Source: Dehalococcoidia bacterium (GTDB taxonomy: Bacteria > Chloroflexota > Dehalococcoidia > SM23-28-2 > RBG-16-64-32). From it: a DNA stretch of 64,000 bases. Shown here in pieces: positions 9,819-18,441 of the stretch. The stretch covers positions 800,001 to 864,000 of the forward strand of contig CAXXTF010000002.1 in NCBI GenBank assembly GCA_963665775.2. Reading direction: 5' to 3'. Position 1 is the stretch's first letter. The number at the start of each line of letters is the position of its first letter. A model generated the notes under the pieces. The model saw nothing but the letters and a program-made list of their open reading frames with translations, did no database searches and was not told the origin of the DNA. Position numbers and translations under genes: made by a program.

Positions 9819-10328
9819 TCACTCCTCTTCCGAGAACCCTTCGCTCCGTACCAGAACGATCGCCCCGATCATCGACACCAGCAGCAGCACCGATGCCATC
9901 TCGAAGGGGAGGACGTACTTGCTCAGGAGCGCCTCGCCGATCGCTGAAGCCGTCTCCTCGAAGCCGCCGCGGTCGGCGATGGACCAATCCGTCTCCAGGC
10001 TCACCAACCCAATCGTGAAGCCCACCACCACCGCCAGCAGCAGCATCGGCAGCCGCAGTAACGTCTCCGCGTTGTCCCGCCCAGCCTGGGGCGTCAGCAT
10101 GATGGCGAACAGGATCAGAACGGAGATCGCGCCAGCGTAGATCAGCACCTGTGCCACCGCCACGAAGTCCGCCGATAGGGTGACGTACAGCCCCGCCACC
10201 CCCAGAAAGCTGAGGATCAGCAAGACAACCGCGTGGATCAGATTACGCACCACCACCACCATCAGAGCGGAGCCCACCGTGAGCGAGGCCAGAATCCAGA
10301 AGGCAGCGATGGCGCCCGCGTCGTCCAT
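9819..10328 (-). CDS. nuoJ: NADH-quinone oxidoreductase subunit J
   Basis: QVLIYAGAISVLILFAIML, YVLPFEMASVLLL; start set at ATG 10328, which overlaps the nuoH stop (TAATG). Confidence 0.93.
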   Translation of the reverse strand: MDDAGAIAAFWILASLTVGSALMVVVVRNLIHAVVLLILSFLGVAGLYVTLSADFVAVAQVLIYAGAISVLILFAIMLTPQAGRDNAETLLRLPMLLLAVVVGFTIGLVSLETDWSIADRGGFEETASAIGEALLSKYVLPFEMASVLLLVSMIGAIVLVRSEGFSEEE

Positions 10329-11605
10329 TAGGCCCCTGGCGCTGCCTTCCCATAGAAGTTCGCCCCCACCTCCGTCGTGAGCAGCGCTCGCTGTGCCCGG
10401 CGCTCCGGTCGCCCATGCCCCAACATCCGCCCCCACCCCACCACCAGCGCCACCGCCATCGCCGCATTCACGGCCCCGATCACTGGCAGCGCCACCCCCG
10501 CCGACAGATCCATCTCCCGCCAGATCAGTACCTCCCCCCCAACGACGACCACGTTTAACAGCGACATCGGCAGCAGGAACTTCCAGGCGAACGCCATGAG
10601 CTGATCGATGCGCAGACGGGGCAGCGTCCCTCGCGTCCAGATGAAGATGGAGAAGACCAGATATAGCTTAGCTAAAAACAGCAGCCAGCCCGGCACCCAC
10701 TGCTCCAGCCCCCAGGCCGTCCAGCCACCCAGATACAGGCTGACGGCCACAGCCGAAATGGCGAAGCCGGCGAAGTACTCCGCCGCGTAGAAGAAACCGA
10801 ACTTGATGCCCGAATACTCCGTGTGATAGCCCGCCACGATCTCCGACTCCGCCTCGGCGATATCCATCGGCGATCGGTTAATCTCAACCGCGCCCGCGAT
10901 GAGGTACGCCAGCGCCGGCAGCGGCTGAAGGAAGATCAACCAGGTATTGAACCCACTCTGCCATCCCACCACATCACTCAGCCTCATGCTGCCCGCGAAC
11001 AGCACCACCCCCAGCAGGGCCAGCACCTGGATCAGCTCATAGCTAATCAGCATAGCCACCGTCCGCATCGCCCCCAGAAGCGCATACTTGTTGTTGGACG
11101 ACCAGCCCGCCATGAACACGGCCATCGTATTCAGCGCTGCGACGGCGATAAGAAATAGCACCCCTACATTCAGATCGGCCAGCACCATCCCCTCCGAAAA
11201 GGGAACCACCGCGAACACCACCATGGCCGGCGTGAATATCGCCACCGGCGCTACCCAGAAAAGCAGCCGGTCCGAATCCCGCGTCGTGATCGCCTCCTTC
11301 AGGAAAAGCTTCAAGGAGTCGGCAATCGGCTGAAGCAGCCCCATCGGCCCCACCCGGTTCGGCCCCAGCCGGTTCTGCATCAGCGCGATAGCCCGCCGCT
11401 CGATCCAGATGAAGACGATCTGGCTCGCCAGCAGCCAGAGCAGGATACCCAGGATACCGATCAGCCCAGACACCACGTAGGGAACCCAGTCCGGCGCCCC
11501 CCACTCCTCGATCCGCTGGAGAAAACCCCCCACGGCGTTGCCGATATCCCGCAGATCCCACCACTCGGCCAGCAGCGGGCCTCCCCTGAGCCTCTCCAGG
11601 AGCAT
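10328..11605 (-). CDS. nuoH: NADH-quinone oxidoreductase subunit H
   Basis: ERR...MQNRLGPNRVGP.GLLQPIAD..KL..KE, EAESEIVAGYHTEYSG, LPRLRIDQL. Confidence 0.96.
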   Translation of the reverse strand: MLLERLRGGPLLAEWWDLRDIGNAVGGFLQRIEEWGAPDWVPYVVSGLIGILGILLWLLASQIVFIWIERRAIALMQNRLGPNRVGPMGLLQPIADSLKLFLKEAITTRDSDRLLFWVAPVAIFTPAMVVFAVVPFSEGMVLADLNVGVLFLIAVAALNTMAVFMAGWSSNNKYALLGAMRTVAMLISYELIQVLALLGVVLFAGSMRLSDVVGWQSGFNTWLIFLQPLPALAYLIAGAVEINRSPMDIAEAESEIVAGYHTEYSGIKFGFFYAAEYFAGFAISAVAVSLYLGGWTAWGLEQWVPGWLLFLAKLYLVFSIFIWTRGTLPRLRIDQLMAFAWKFLLPMSLLNVVVVGGEVLIWREMDLSAGVALPVIGAVNAAMAVALVVGWGRMLGHGRPERRAQRALLTTEVGANFYGKAAPGA

Positions 11606-12708
11606 CAGCGATCCACCTCGCCGACAACGATATCGACACTCCCCAGGATCACGATGGCGTCGGACACCGTAACGCCTTTGGCCAGCTCCGGTAGGGGCGT
11701 CAGGTTGATGAACGAGGGAGAGCGTATGTGAAACCGGAACGGCGCCGGGCCACCGTCACTCACAAGGTAGAAGCCCAGCTCGCCCCGCGGCGACTCGATC
11801 CGCCCATACGCCTCGCCCACCGGTGGTCGCACGGCCAGCGGCACCGGAACGGACACCGGCCCATCCGGCATCATCTCCAGCGCCTGCTCCAGAATATGGA
11901 TGCTCTGTCGCATCTCCGCCATCCGCACCAGGAACCGATCGTACACATCGCCGTTAGTCCCCACCGCTATCTCGAACTCCACCTGCGGGTAGGCCGCGTA
12001 AGGGTCCGCCTTTCGTATGTCCCAGGCCACCCCACTTCCCCTCAGCATCGGCCCGCTGACAGAGCAGGCCAGCGCCCGCTCCGGCAACAACACGCCCACC
12101 CCCCTGGATCGGGCCACGATGATCTCGTTCCCCAGAAGAAGCGCCTCGTACTCGTCCATCCGCTTCGGCAGCTCCTTCACCAGCCTGTCGGCAGCCGGCA
12201 TGAACTCCGGCGGTATATCACTGGACACCCCGCCGATGCGCATGTAGTTAGTGGTTAGCCTGGCCCCGCCCGCCATCTCGAACAGGTCCAGTATCTTCTC
12301 CCTCTCCCGAAACATGTGCATGATCGGCGTCTGCCAGGTGCCGCAGTCGTTGGCGAAGACCCCCACCGCCATAGAGTGGCTGGCGAACCGCTGCAGTTCG
12401 CACATGATCACCCGCAGCCACTGCGCCCGTTCCGGCGCCTCGACACCGCACAGCTTCTCCACGGCCAGCACGTAGGCCAGGTTCCCGGTCATCGCCGCCA
12501 CATAGTCGGTCCGATCCGTGAAGGGAATATTCTGAGTGTAGGTCCGCTCCTCCGCCAGCTTCTCCATCGACCGGTGCAGGTAGCCCATAATCATGTCGGC
12601 ATCGATGATCCGCTCCCCATCCAGGGTCAGGCGCATGCGGAACACACCGTGCGTGCTGGGGTGCTGCGGCCCCACGTTCACCACAAACGGCTCGGTGTTC
12701 ATCGTCAT
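11605..12708 (-). CDS. nuoD: NADH-quinone oxidoreductase subunit D
   Basis: GPQHPSTHGVFR, GYLHR..EK, DRTDY, ESPRGELG, DIVVGEVDR; start set at ATG 12708. Confidence 0.96.
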   Translation of the reverse strand: MTMNTEPFVVNVGPQHPSTHGVFRMRLTLDGERIIDADMIMGYLHRSMEKLAEERTYTQNIPFTDRTDYVAAMTGNLAYVLAVEKLCGVEAPERAQWLRVIMCELQRFASHSMAVGVFANDCGTWQTPIMHMFREREKILDLFEMAGGARLTTNYMRIGGVSSDIPPEFMPAADRLVKELPKRMDEYEALLLGNEIIVARSRGVGVLLPERALACSVSGPMLRGSGVAWDIRKADPYAAYPQVEFEIAVGTNGDVYDRFLVRMAEMRQSIHILEQALEMMPDGPVSVPVPLAVRPPVGEAYGRIESPRGELGFYLVSDGGPAPFRFHIRSPSFINLTPLPELAKGVTVSDAIVILGSVDIVVGEVDR

Positions 12709-12710
12709 CC

Positions 12711-13226
12711 CTAACCCCGCCCCTCCAGCTCGCCGCCGGGATCGCCGGGAAAGCGCTCCAGCCCCGGCATCAGCCCACCCGGCATCCCCAGCCAATCCTT
12801 ACGCAGCGGGTGGCCGGCGAACCCCTCCCACAGAAACACCCGCCTCAGGTCCGGGTGGCCCTTGAAGCGAACGCCCATCAGATCGTACGCCTCACGCTCC
12901 TGCAGCAGAGCCCCCCACCACACGGAGGTCAGGGAGGGCACCTCCGGCTCTTCCCGATCGTGCGCCCTCACCTTCAGCACGGCCAGCCGGTTAGCCTGAA
13001 TGGACTGCAAGTGATAGACGATCTCGAAATAGTCCAGACAGTCGACCGCCGTCAGGGACACCAGGTAGTGGAACCCCAGCTCCGGGTCGTCCCGCAGGTA
13101 CGTGCAGACCTCCACCAAGACGTCCGCTTTCACGATGGCGCCCTCAGGCGATGCCTCCACCACCGATCCGGGAAACCGCTGCTCCACCCTATGGGCGATC
13201 TCCAGCCCCGAGAGCACCTCCGTCAT
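12711..13226 (-). CDS. nuoC: NADH-quinone oxidoreductase subunit C
   Basis: LTAVD, EREAYDLMGVRFKGHPDLRR, GHPLRKD. Confidence 0.95.
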   Translation of the reverse strand: MTEVLSGLEIAHRVEQRFPGSVVEASPEGAIVKADVLVEVCTYLRDDPELGFHYLVSLTAVDCLDYFEIVYHLQSIQANRLAVLKVRAHDREEPEVPSLTSVWWGALLQEREAYDLMGVRFKGHPDLRRVFLWEGFAGHPLRKDWLGMPGGLMPGLERFPGDPGGELEGRG

Positions 13227-13241
13227 CCTGTTAGCACCCCC

Positions 13242-13302
13242 GGCAGCCTGAAGGCCGCGGCACCAAGCCGCAGATCATCATTCCGCATCCTTTAGGGTGC
13301 GG
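13242..13302. repeat. Two REP-like hairpins in the nuoA-nuoC gap
   Basis: GGCAGCCTGAAGGCCGC and CCGCATCC-TTTA-GGGTGCGG. Confidence 0.55.
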
Positions 13303-13309
13303 TCTCACC

Positions 13310-13681
13310 TCACGTCCATTCCAGGGCTTTCTTTCGCCAGGCGTAGGCTAAGCCGATCAGCAGAATGACGACGAACGTCAGGACCGCGATGAAGCCGGCG
13401 AGGGCCACCTTCTCGAAGGAGACGGCCCAGGGGTAGAGAAACACCGCCTCAACATCGAAGATCACAAACAGAAGGGCGAAATAGTAGTAGCGAAAGTTGA
13501 ACTGAACCCAGGCCGTCCCCTCCGTCTCCACACCGCACTCGTAGGTGCTCTCCTTGATCGGGTCCGGCGCGTCGGGACGCATCCCAGCCCGACCCAGCAG
13601 CCACGACGTCACGATACCGCCAGTCGGGAACACAACCGCCAGCAGGAGAAGGAACCCAACGTGGCCCCATTCTGGAAGCAT
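13310..13681 (-). CDS. nuoA: NADH-quinone oxidoreductase subunit A
   Basis: KESTYECG, FRYYYFALLFVIFDVEAVFLYPWA, YAWRKKALEW; start at ATG 13681 after AAAGGTAAGG. Confidence 0.95.
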   Translation of the reverse strand: MLPEWGHVGFLLLLAVVFPTGGIVTSWLLGRAGMRPDAPDPIKESTYECGVETEGTAWVQFNFRYYYFALLFVIFDVEAVFLYPWAVSFEKVALAGFIAVLTFVVILLIGLAYAWRKKALEWT

Positions 13682-13831
13682 CGCCTTACCTTTGTGAAAT
13701 TTATCCTTTTCGTATCTCCGGCAGTATAGCATAGGGCCTACTTGCGGACAAGCAAAAGCGGGCCATCGCGACGCCATCAACTCCACCCCGCATTCAAACT
13801 GACCCACTACCTGAAAGAGAGGCGTTCCACC

Positions 13832-13993
13832 ATGGATGCTAGGCACAGCCTCGTGTGGCTCTACGTTATGCCGCAGCTAGACCTGGAGGCAGAGTTGCTC
13901 GCCCGAGCGGCTGATGCCGCAGGCCGCCCCCACGGCGTACGGGCCGGCCTTGCCGCCGCCCTCCCCGCCAAGCGAACGAAAGGCTTGCGCTAG
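13832..13993 (+). CDS. Possible 53-aa hypothetical protein
   Basis: ATG after GAAAGAGAGG; no recognisable motif. Confidence 0.3.
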   Translation: MDARHSLVWLYVMPQLDLEAELLARAADAAGRPHGVRAGLAAALPAKRTKGLR

Positions 13994-14023
13994 ACGCCAT
14001 CTCCCTCCCATAATTCGACCGTG

Positions 14024-14440
14024 ATGGAGTTCTTGCGACTGATCCAGTTGCCACGCCGGCTCTCACCCCGCGTCTGGCTCGTCTCTCTCCCCTCCGCTCT
14101 CATCTCCTTCGAGCGCAGACAGGGGCTGCCCAAGCTGCCCATCGGCCGCTGGCGATTCCTCGGTCTCCCCCTCATCGCCGCCGGGCTCGCCCTCTGGGCC
14201 TCTGTCTGGAGCCGCTCTGCGGTGCCGCCCCTGGTCCACCGCCGCACCCGCTGGACCAGAGACCCCAAGCCCAGCGTCACAGCCGGCTTGATGGTGCTGG
14301 GAGGCGTCGCCATCCTCCTCCGCTCCCTCCTCCTCGCCCTCTACTCGCTGGCCCTGGCCGTCGCCGCCGGCAGCCGCTCCATCACCGTCCAGGAGCCCCG
14401 CCCCGACGTACCGTTCAGCAACAGCGACCGCCCCCATTAG
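14024..14440 (+). CDS. Hypothetical membrane protein
   Basis: Several hydrophobic segments; codon use fits the genome. Confidence 0.55.
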   Translation: MEFLRLIQLPRRLSPRVWLVSLPSALISFERRQGLPKLPIGRWRFLGLPLIAAGLALWASVWSRSAVPPLVHRRTRWTRDPKPSVTAGLMVLGGVAILLRSLLLALYSLALAVAAGSRSITVQEPRPDVPFSNSDRPH

Positions 14441-14517
14441 GCTAGGCGCGGACCCACGGCTCAGGCCGGGACCTGCCCCCGCCCTTCGCGCCGTGCGATC
14501 CTGAGCCCTTCGCGCTC

Positions 14518-14544
14518 TGTCATTCTGAGCGCCGCGAAGAACCC
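14518..14544. repeat. REP-like element TGTCATTCTGAGCGCCGCGAAGAACCC
   Basis: Same family as 4243-4308; lies between convergent genes. Confidence 0.7.
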
Positions 14545-14603
14545 CAGTTCCCCTTAGCGCAGCGAGGAGGCTGACTCGATGCCCGAATTACCGCGGCTAA
14601 GCA

Positions 14604-15170
14604 CTAGGCCGGGACCTGCCCTAGTACCCCGACCCCCTTCACCCACTCCCGCCGCAATTCCATCACCAGAAACGTGTGCCCATCCCGCCAGGAGGTGCCA
14701 CAGATAGCGAAGCCGGCCTTCCGGAAGGAACGCTGCGCCCGCTCGTTCCAGTCCAACGTGTGCAGATAGAGGCGTCTCATCCCGCCCTGCCCCAACAACA
14801 TCCGCACCATCGCCGTCAGCGCATCGGAGCCATACCCATGGGACCAGCAGCGCCGTTCTCCAATGCTGATGCCGATCTCCGCTTCGCCGCGGACCCGATC
14901 AATGTTGTAGTACATGATGTTGCCGATGTGCTGCCCGGCCCCATCCTCGATGGCGAAGGAACGCCCCGCCATATCGGTGAAGCGGTAATCAAACGACCAG
15001 TTGCGCTGGTAATCCTCGAAGGAGCTCCGCACCGGCCGCGAAGCATCGTACTCCGCCAGCTCCGGGTCCCGGCGCCAGCGATGCTCGTCCACCGCATCCT
15101 CCAACCGCTTTCGACGGATAACCGTCAGGCGGCCCCGCGCCACTACCTCATCGCCCGGAGAGAGCGTCAC
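14604..15170 (-). CDS. GNAT (RimJ/RimL-like) N-acetyltransferase
   Basis: AEIGISIG...WSHGYGSDAL, NERAQRSFRKAGF. Confidence 0.88.
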   Translation of the reverse strand: MTLSPGDEVVARGRLTVIRRKRLEDAVDEHRWRRDPELAEYDASRPVRSSFEDYQRNWSFDYRFTDMAGRSFAIEDGAGQHIGNIMYYNIDRVRGEAEIGISIGERRCWSHGYGSDALTAMVRMLLGQGGMRRLYLHTLDWNERAQRSFRKAGFAICGTSWRDGHTFLVMELRREWVKGVGVLGQVPA

Positions 15171-15616
15171 TCCTCACCCCCCAGCATGGCGCGCGCCTTC
15201 ACCACCATATCAATTTCGTTCTTGTAGCTCAGCGCTTTCAATGCCGCATCCACCGGGAACCACTCTACCCGATCGTATTCCGCATCGTGGTCCGCCGTAT
15301 CGCCCCCTATCGCCTCCATAAGGTAGTGGTGCACGTACTTGTGATAGCGCACCCCATCGAATGCGAACCAGTACTCCACTACACCCACCTTCCCCACGAT
15401 CGCCACTTCCAGACCCGTCTCCTCCACCACCTCACGCACCGCCGTCTCCTCCAGCGACTCTCCGTCGTCTGGCGTGCCCTTGGGCAACCCCCACACTCCG
15501 TCCGAATCCCGACCGCAGACCGCCACCTCCAGCCCCGCCTCGCCCCACCGATACACCACACCCCCAGCGGAGACGGCCTCCAGCGCCGGCCCCTGATCGC
15601 CACCTGTAGTTGCCAC
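15167..15616 (-). CDS. NUDIX hydrolase
   Basis: Nudix box G-x5-E-x5-AVREVVEETG. Confidence 0.92.
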   Translation of the reverse strand: MATTGGDQGPALEAVSAGGVVYRWGEAGLEVAVCGRDSDGVWGLPKGTPDDGESLEETAVREVVEETGLEVAIVGKVGVVEYWFAFDGVRYHKYVHHYLMEAIGGDTADHDAEYDRVEWFPVDAALKALSYKNEIDMVVKARAMLGGEE

Positions 15617-15618
15617 CC

Positions 15619-16539
15619 TTATTCCCCATGACCGATCGAGAGAGGCTCATCCGCAAAACCGATCTCCCTCAAGCCATCCGCTGCCGCCTCGCGCACGCCG
15701 GCCGCAGGGTCGTCAGCGAGCCCCAGAAGAAGCTCCTTCGCCGCTCCACCGCCGATCTCCGCCAGCGCTGTGATCGCGGCCTCCTTCACCTCCTCGTCCG
15801 GATCCGCCAACAGGGAAGCGAGCGCGCCAACAGCCTTCTCCTCCCCCAGCGAACCGCAGGCCACGGCCGCCTCATAACGAACCTCCGGCTCCTCATTGGA
15901 GAGTCCCTGCAGGATGAGAGGCAGCCAACGACCCTGGCAACTGCGCCCCATGGCGTGCACGGCGCTCACCGTTAGCCCTCGCACCCCGCTTTCGTACGCC
16001 TCACTTATCGCCTGCCGAACCCACGCCCTGTCGTGAGTTGATATCGCCTCCAGGGCCCGGCCCCGCACCTCCGCCACCTCACTCGCATCCTCCACAGTTC
16101 GACGCAGCCCCGCCTCGACCCGCTCGAAGTATCGATCGGGCAGACGACCGTACTCCGCCAGCAGCACAAAGCGCCCCAGCGCCAGGCTGGCCTCCGCCCG
16201 CACCCTCGCCTCCTCATCCCCCTCCATCATCTCCAGCAGCAGCCCGATGAGGTTCGGCTCCTCGCACTCCCACAGCCCTCGCACCGCCTCCAGCCGCATC
16301 TCCGCGTCCTCATCCTCACGAGCCAGGAAGAACACGGCATCAAAGTTCAGCTCCACGTTCTCCTCCGCCAGCCCCACCAGCTCCCGCACTACCCAGCGCC
16401 GGCGCTCCACCTCCAACCCCGGCCACACCCTGCCCAGCGCTTGCCCCTCCTCCGAGGCCAGCTCGGACAGCCAGACCAGTCCCGAAATCTTTGGCCTGGC
16501 CGCCTCCATCAGCTCCTGAAGACACTTCTCGAAACTCAT
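15619..16539 (-). CDS. HEAT-repeat protein
   Basis: Repeated D.D.EVR..A..ALG units. Confidence 0.88.
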   Translation of the reverse strand: MSFEKCLQELMEAARPKISGLVWLSELASEEGQALGRVWPGLEVERRRWVVRELVGLAEENVELNFDAVFFLAREDEDAEMRLEAVRGLWECEEPNLIGLLLEMMEGDEEARVRAEASLALGRFVLLAEYGRLPDRYFERVEAGLRRTVEDASEVAEVRGRALEAISTHDRAWVRQAISEAYESGVRGLTVSAVHAMGRSCQGRWLPLILQGLSNEEPEVRYEAAVACGSLGEEKAVGALASLLADPDEEVKEAAITALAEIGGGAAKELLLGLADDPAAGVREAAADGLREIGFADEPLSIGHGE

Positions 16540-17864
16540 CACTGCCCTCCGGAGGACACGCTCAGCCGGTCGAACCAGAAGGGCGGCGTATATAGCGTCC
16601 CCCCCACCCAGCGACCCTCCCAGCCGACCGCCATCAGCCGCCCAAACGCCTCGTGCACGTTACCCGCCACGATGGTGTCCTTCACCCGTCCCACGATCTC
16701 CCCGTTCTCTATCTTATACCCCAGGAGCACGTTGCCGGAGAAATCGCCGCCCATCACGTTCCCCTGCCCCGCCCCCATCAACTCCTCCACCACCAGCCCC
16801 TCCTTCACGCTACCCACCATCTCCTCGAACGCCGCCTCGCCGGCCCGCACCAGCAGACAGCTCGTGCCGATCGTCGGCTGGCTGGCCAGCGACCGATCCG
16901 CGCTGCCCGTCGACTTCGCCCCGGCCAGGCCCGCCGTCTGCAGGTCGTACAGGAAGTTCCGCACCACACCTTCCTCGATCAGCGGGAACGGTCGACTCGC
17001 CACCCCCTCATCGTCGAACGGCCGCGAGCCCGGCTGATAGTCGCGGGTGGCGTAATCCCATAGCGTGAATCGCTTGTCGTACAGCTCCTTCCCCAGGCAA
17101 CCCACCAGCGGCGACTGCCCCAGGTGCACCATCCGGCCGGAGAAGGCGACGGTCAGCGGCATGAGCAGCGCCCCGGCGATTCCCAGCGGCGTGAAGATGA
17201 CCGGCATCTCCCCCGTCCGCACAATGGCCGTCCGGCGCGAGTTCTCCAACTGCCGCGTCACGCTTGCCTCAACGGCCTTGGCGTCCACGTTAGGCCGGCA
17301 GGAGACATCCGAGTCGCCCACGAACAGCATATCTGTGCCGCGGATCAGCGTCCCGTGGAGCCCCACCGAGAGACTGCTGCGGCGGTAGCTGAACTGGCCG
17401 CCGTTGCTGTTCGCCACACTGATCGTCTGGACGTTACGACGCACCCCGGCATCACACAGCAGCTCCGGCTCGACCCCCCGCACGGCATCGATGAGCGACT
17501 GCCCCGTCTCGATCATGTCGTCCAGCGGCAGCGCCTCCGTCGCCGGGTCGAACACCTCCACCGCCGGCTGCTCCCCGTCCGTGGGGAAGTCGAACCTTGC
17601 CTCCGGCCCGAAAGGCGCCGTCTCCAGCGCCGCCTCCACCAGCTCCTGGACGTCATCGGGCCGGGTGCTGGAGGCGAAACCGATGCGCCCCCCGGCAATG
17701 ACCCGCAGGGCCACGCCGCTGCTGTGCCGCGAGTGGATCTCCTTCAGCCGGTTCGCCTCGAACCGCACCGGCGTCTCCTCCGACTCCACGGCGAACACCT
17801 CCGCCCGCTCCGCGCCACGCTGGCGGGCGAGGTCAAGGAGTTGGTCCCTTGCGATCCCTCTCAT
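16539..17864 (-). CDS. pmbA: TldE/PmbA family protein
   Basis: PFDDEGV, LIEEG, GDFSG...GY.IENGEI; no HExxxH; start at ATG 17864. Confidence 0.88.
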   Translation of the reverse strand: MRGIARDQLLDLARQRGAERAEVFAVESEETPVRFEANRLKEIHSRHSSGVALRVIAGGRIGFASSTRPDDVQELVEAALETAPFGPEARFDFPTDGEQPAVEVFDPATEALPLDDMIETGQSLIDAVRGVEPELLCDAGVRRNVQTISVANSNGGQFSYRRSSLSVGLHGTLIRGTDMLFVGDSDVSCRPNVDAKAVEASVTRQLENSRRTAIVRTGEMPVIFTPLGIAGALLMPLTVAFSGRMVHLGQSPLVGCLGKELYDKRFTLWDYATRDYQPGSRPFDDEGVASRPFPLIEEGVVRNFLYDLQTAGLAGAKSTGSADRSLASQPTIGTSCLLVRAGEAAFEEMVGSVKEGLVVEELMGAGQGNVMGGDFSGNVLLGYKIENGEIVGRVKDTIVAGNVHEAFGRLMAVGWEGRWVGGTLYTPPFWFDRLSVSSGGQ

Positions 17865-18400
17865 TCGAAAGCGTCCTGGGAACATCCCTTCAGAAGGTCA
17901 AGTAATTGCTGTCTTGTCGCGTTCCCGCACTCGATAGCCTCATAAGGATTCCTGTCCATCCTCTTCACCGTATCGATTGCCTCGCCAACCGATCGTCCCC
18001 TGCCGGCAACCAGCCAAGTGGCGAGAACATGTCCGGTCCGCCCGCTTCCACCGGAGCAGTGAACCACCACCGGCTGATTGGTGTCCACAGATTCCCTCAA
18101 GAACGGAAGAATGGTTTCACGGAGAACCTCAGGTTCGCAGAGATGATAGTCCTCCACTTCCGCCGGACATAGATTGTCATCGCCAAACTTGCGACGGTAT
18201 GTCTCGAAGAGTCCGTCATAGTAGGCGAGTTGAATCGGAGGGAGAAGGCAGCAAACCCTTCTTATTCCCTGTCCCTTCATGAAATCGATCCACTCTGTCA
18301 GTTCTTCCTGGCTCACGTGATGGCGGCCTAAACCTGGCCTCTGAGCGCCAAATACGATGGTCTCGTCCTCCGATGCCGGGCCAAAACCAAAACGATTCAC
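17861..18400 (-). CDS. Dual-specificity/protein-tyrosine phosphatase
   Basis: CX5R loop VHCSGGSGRTG; visibly lower GC than its neighbours. Confidence 0.88.
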   Translation of the reverse strand: MNRFGFGPASEDETIVFGAQRPGLGRHHVSQEELTEWIDFMKGQGIRRVCCLLPPIQLAYYDGLFETYRRKFGDDNLCPAEVEDYHLCEPEVLRETILPFLRESVDTNQPVVVHCSGGSGRTGHVLATWLVAGRGRSVGEAIDTVKRMDRNPYEAIECGNATRQQLLDLLKGCSQDAFE

Positions 18401-18441
18401 TGCGGCTCCTCCTGACGTTTGACGCTACTTTCCACTAGCCC

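Noticed and set aside
11605-12708. Group 4 [NiFe]-hydrogenase large subunit
   Set aside because: No N- or C-terminal CxxC Ni-binding motifs; it has NuoD quinone-site motifs
13223-13288. 21-aa minus-strand ORF (MRNDDLRLGAAAFRLPGVLTG) as a nuoB remnant
   Set aside because: No recognisable NuoB motif; it overlaps the REP-like hairpins
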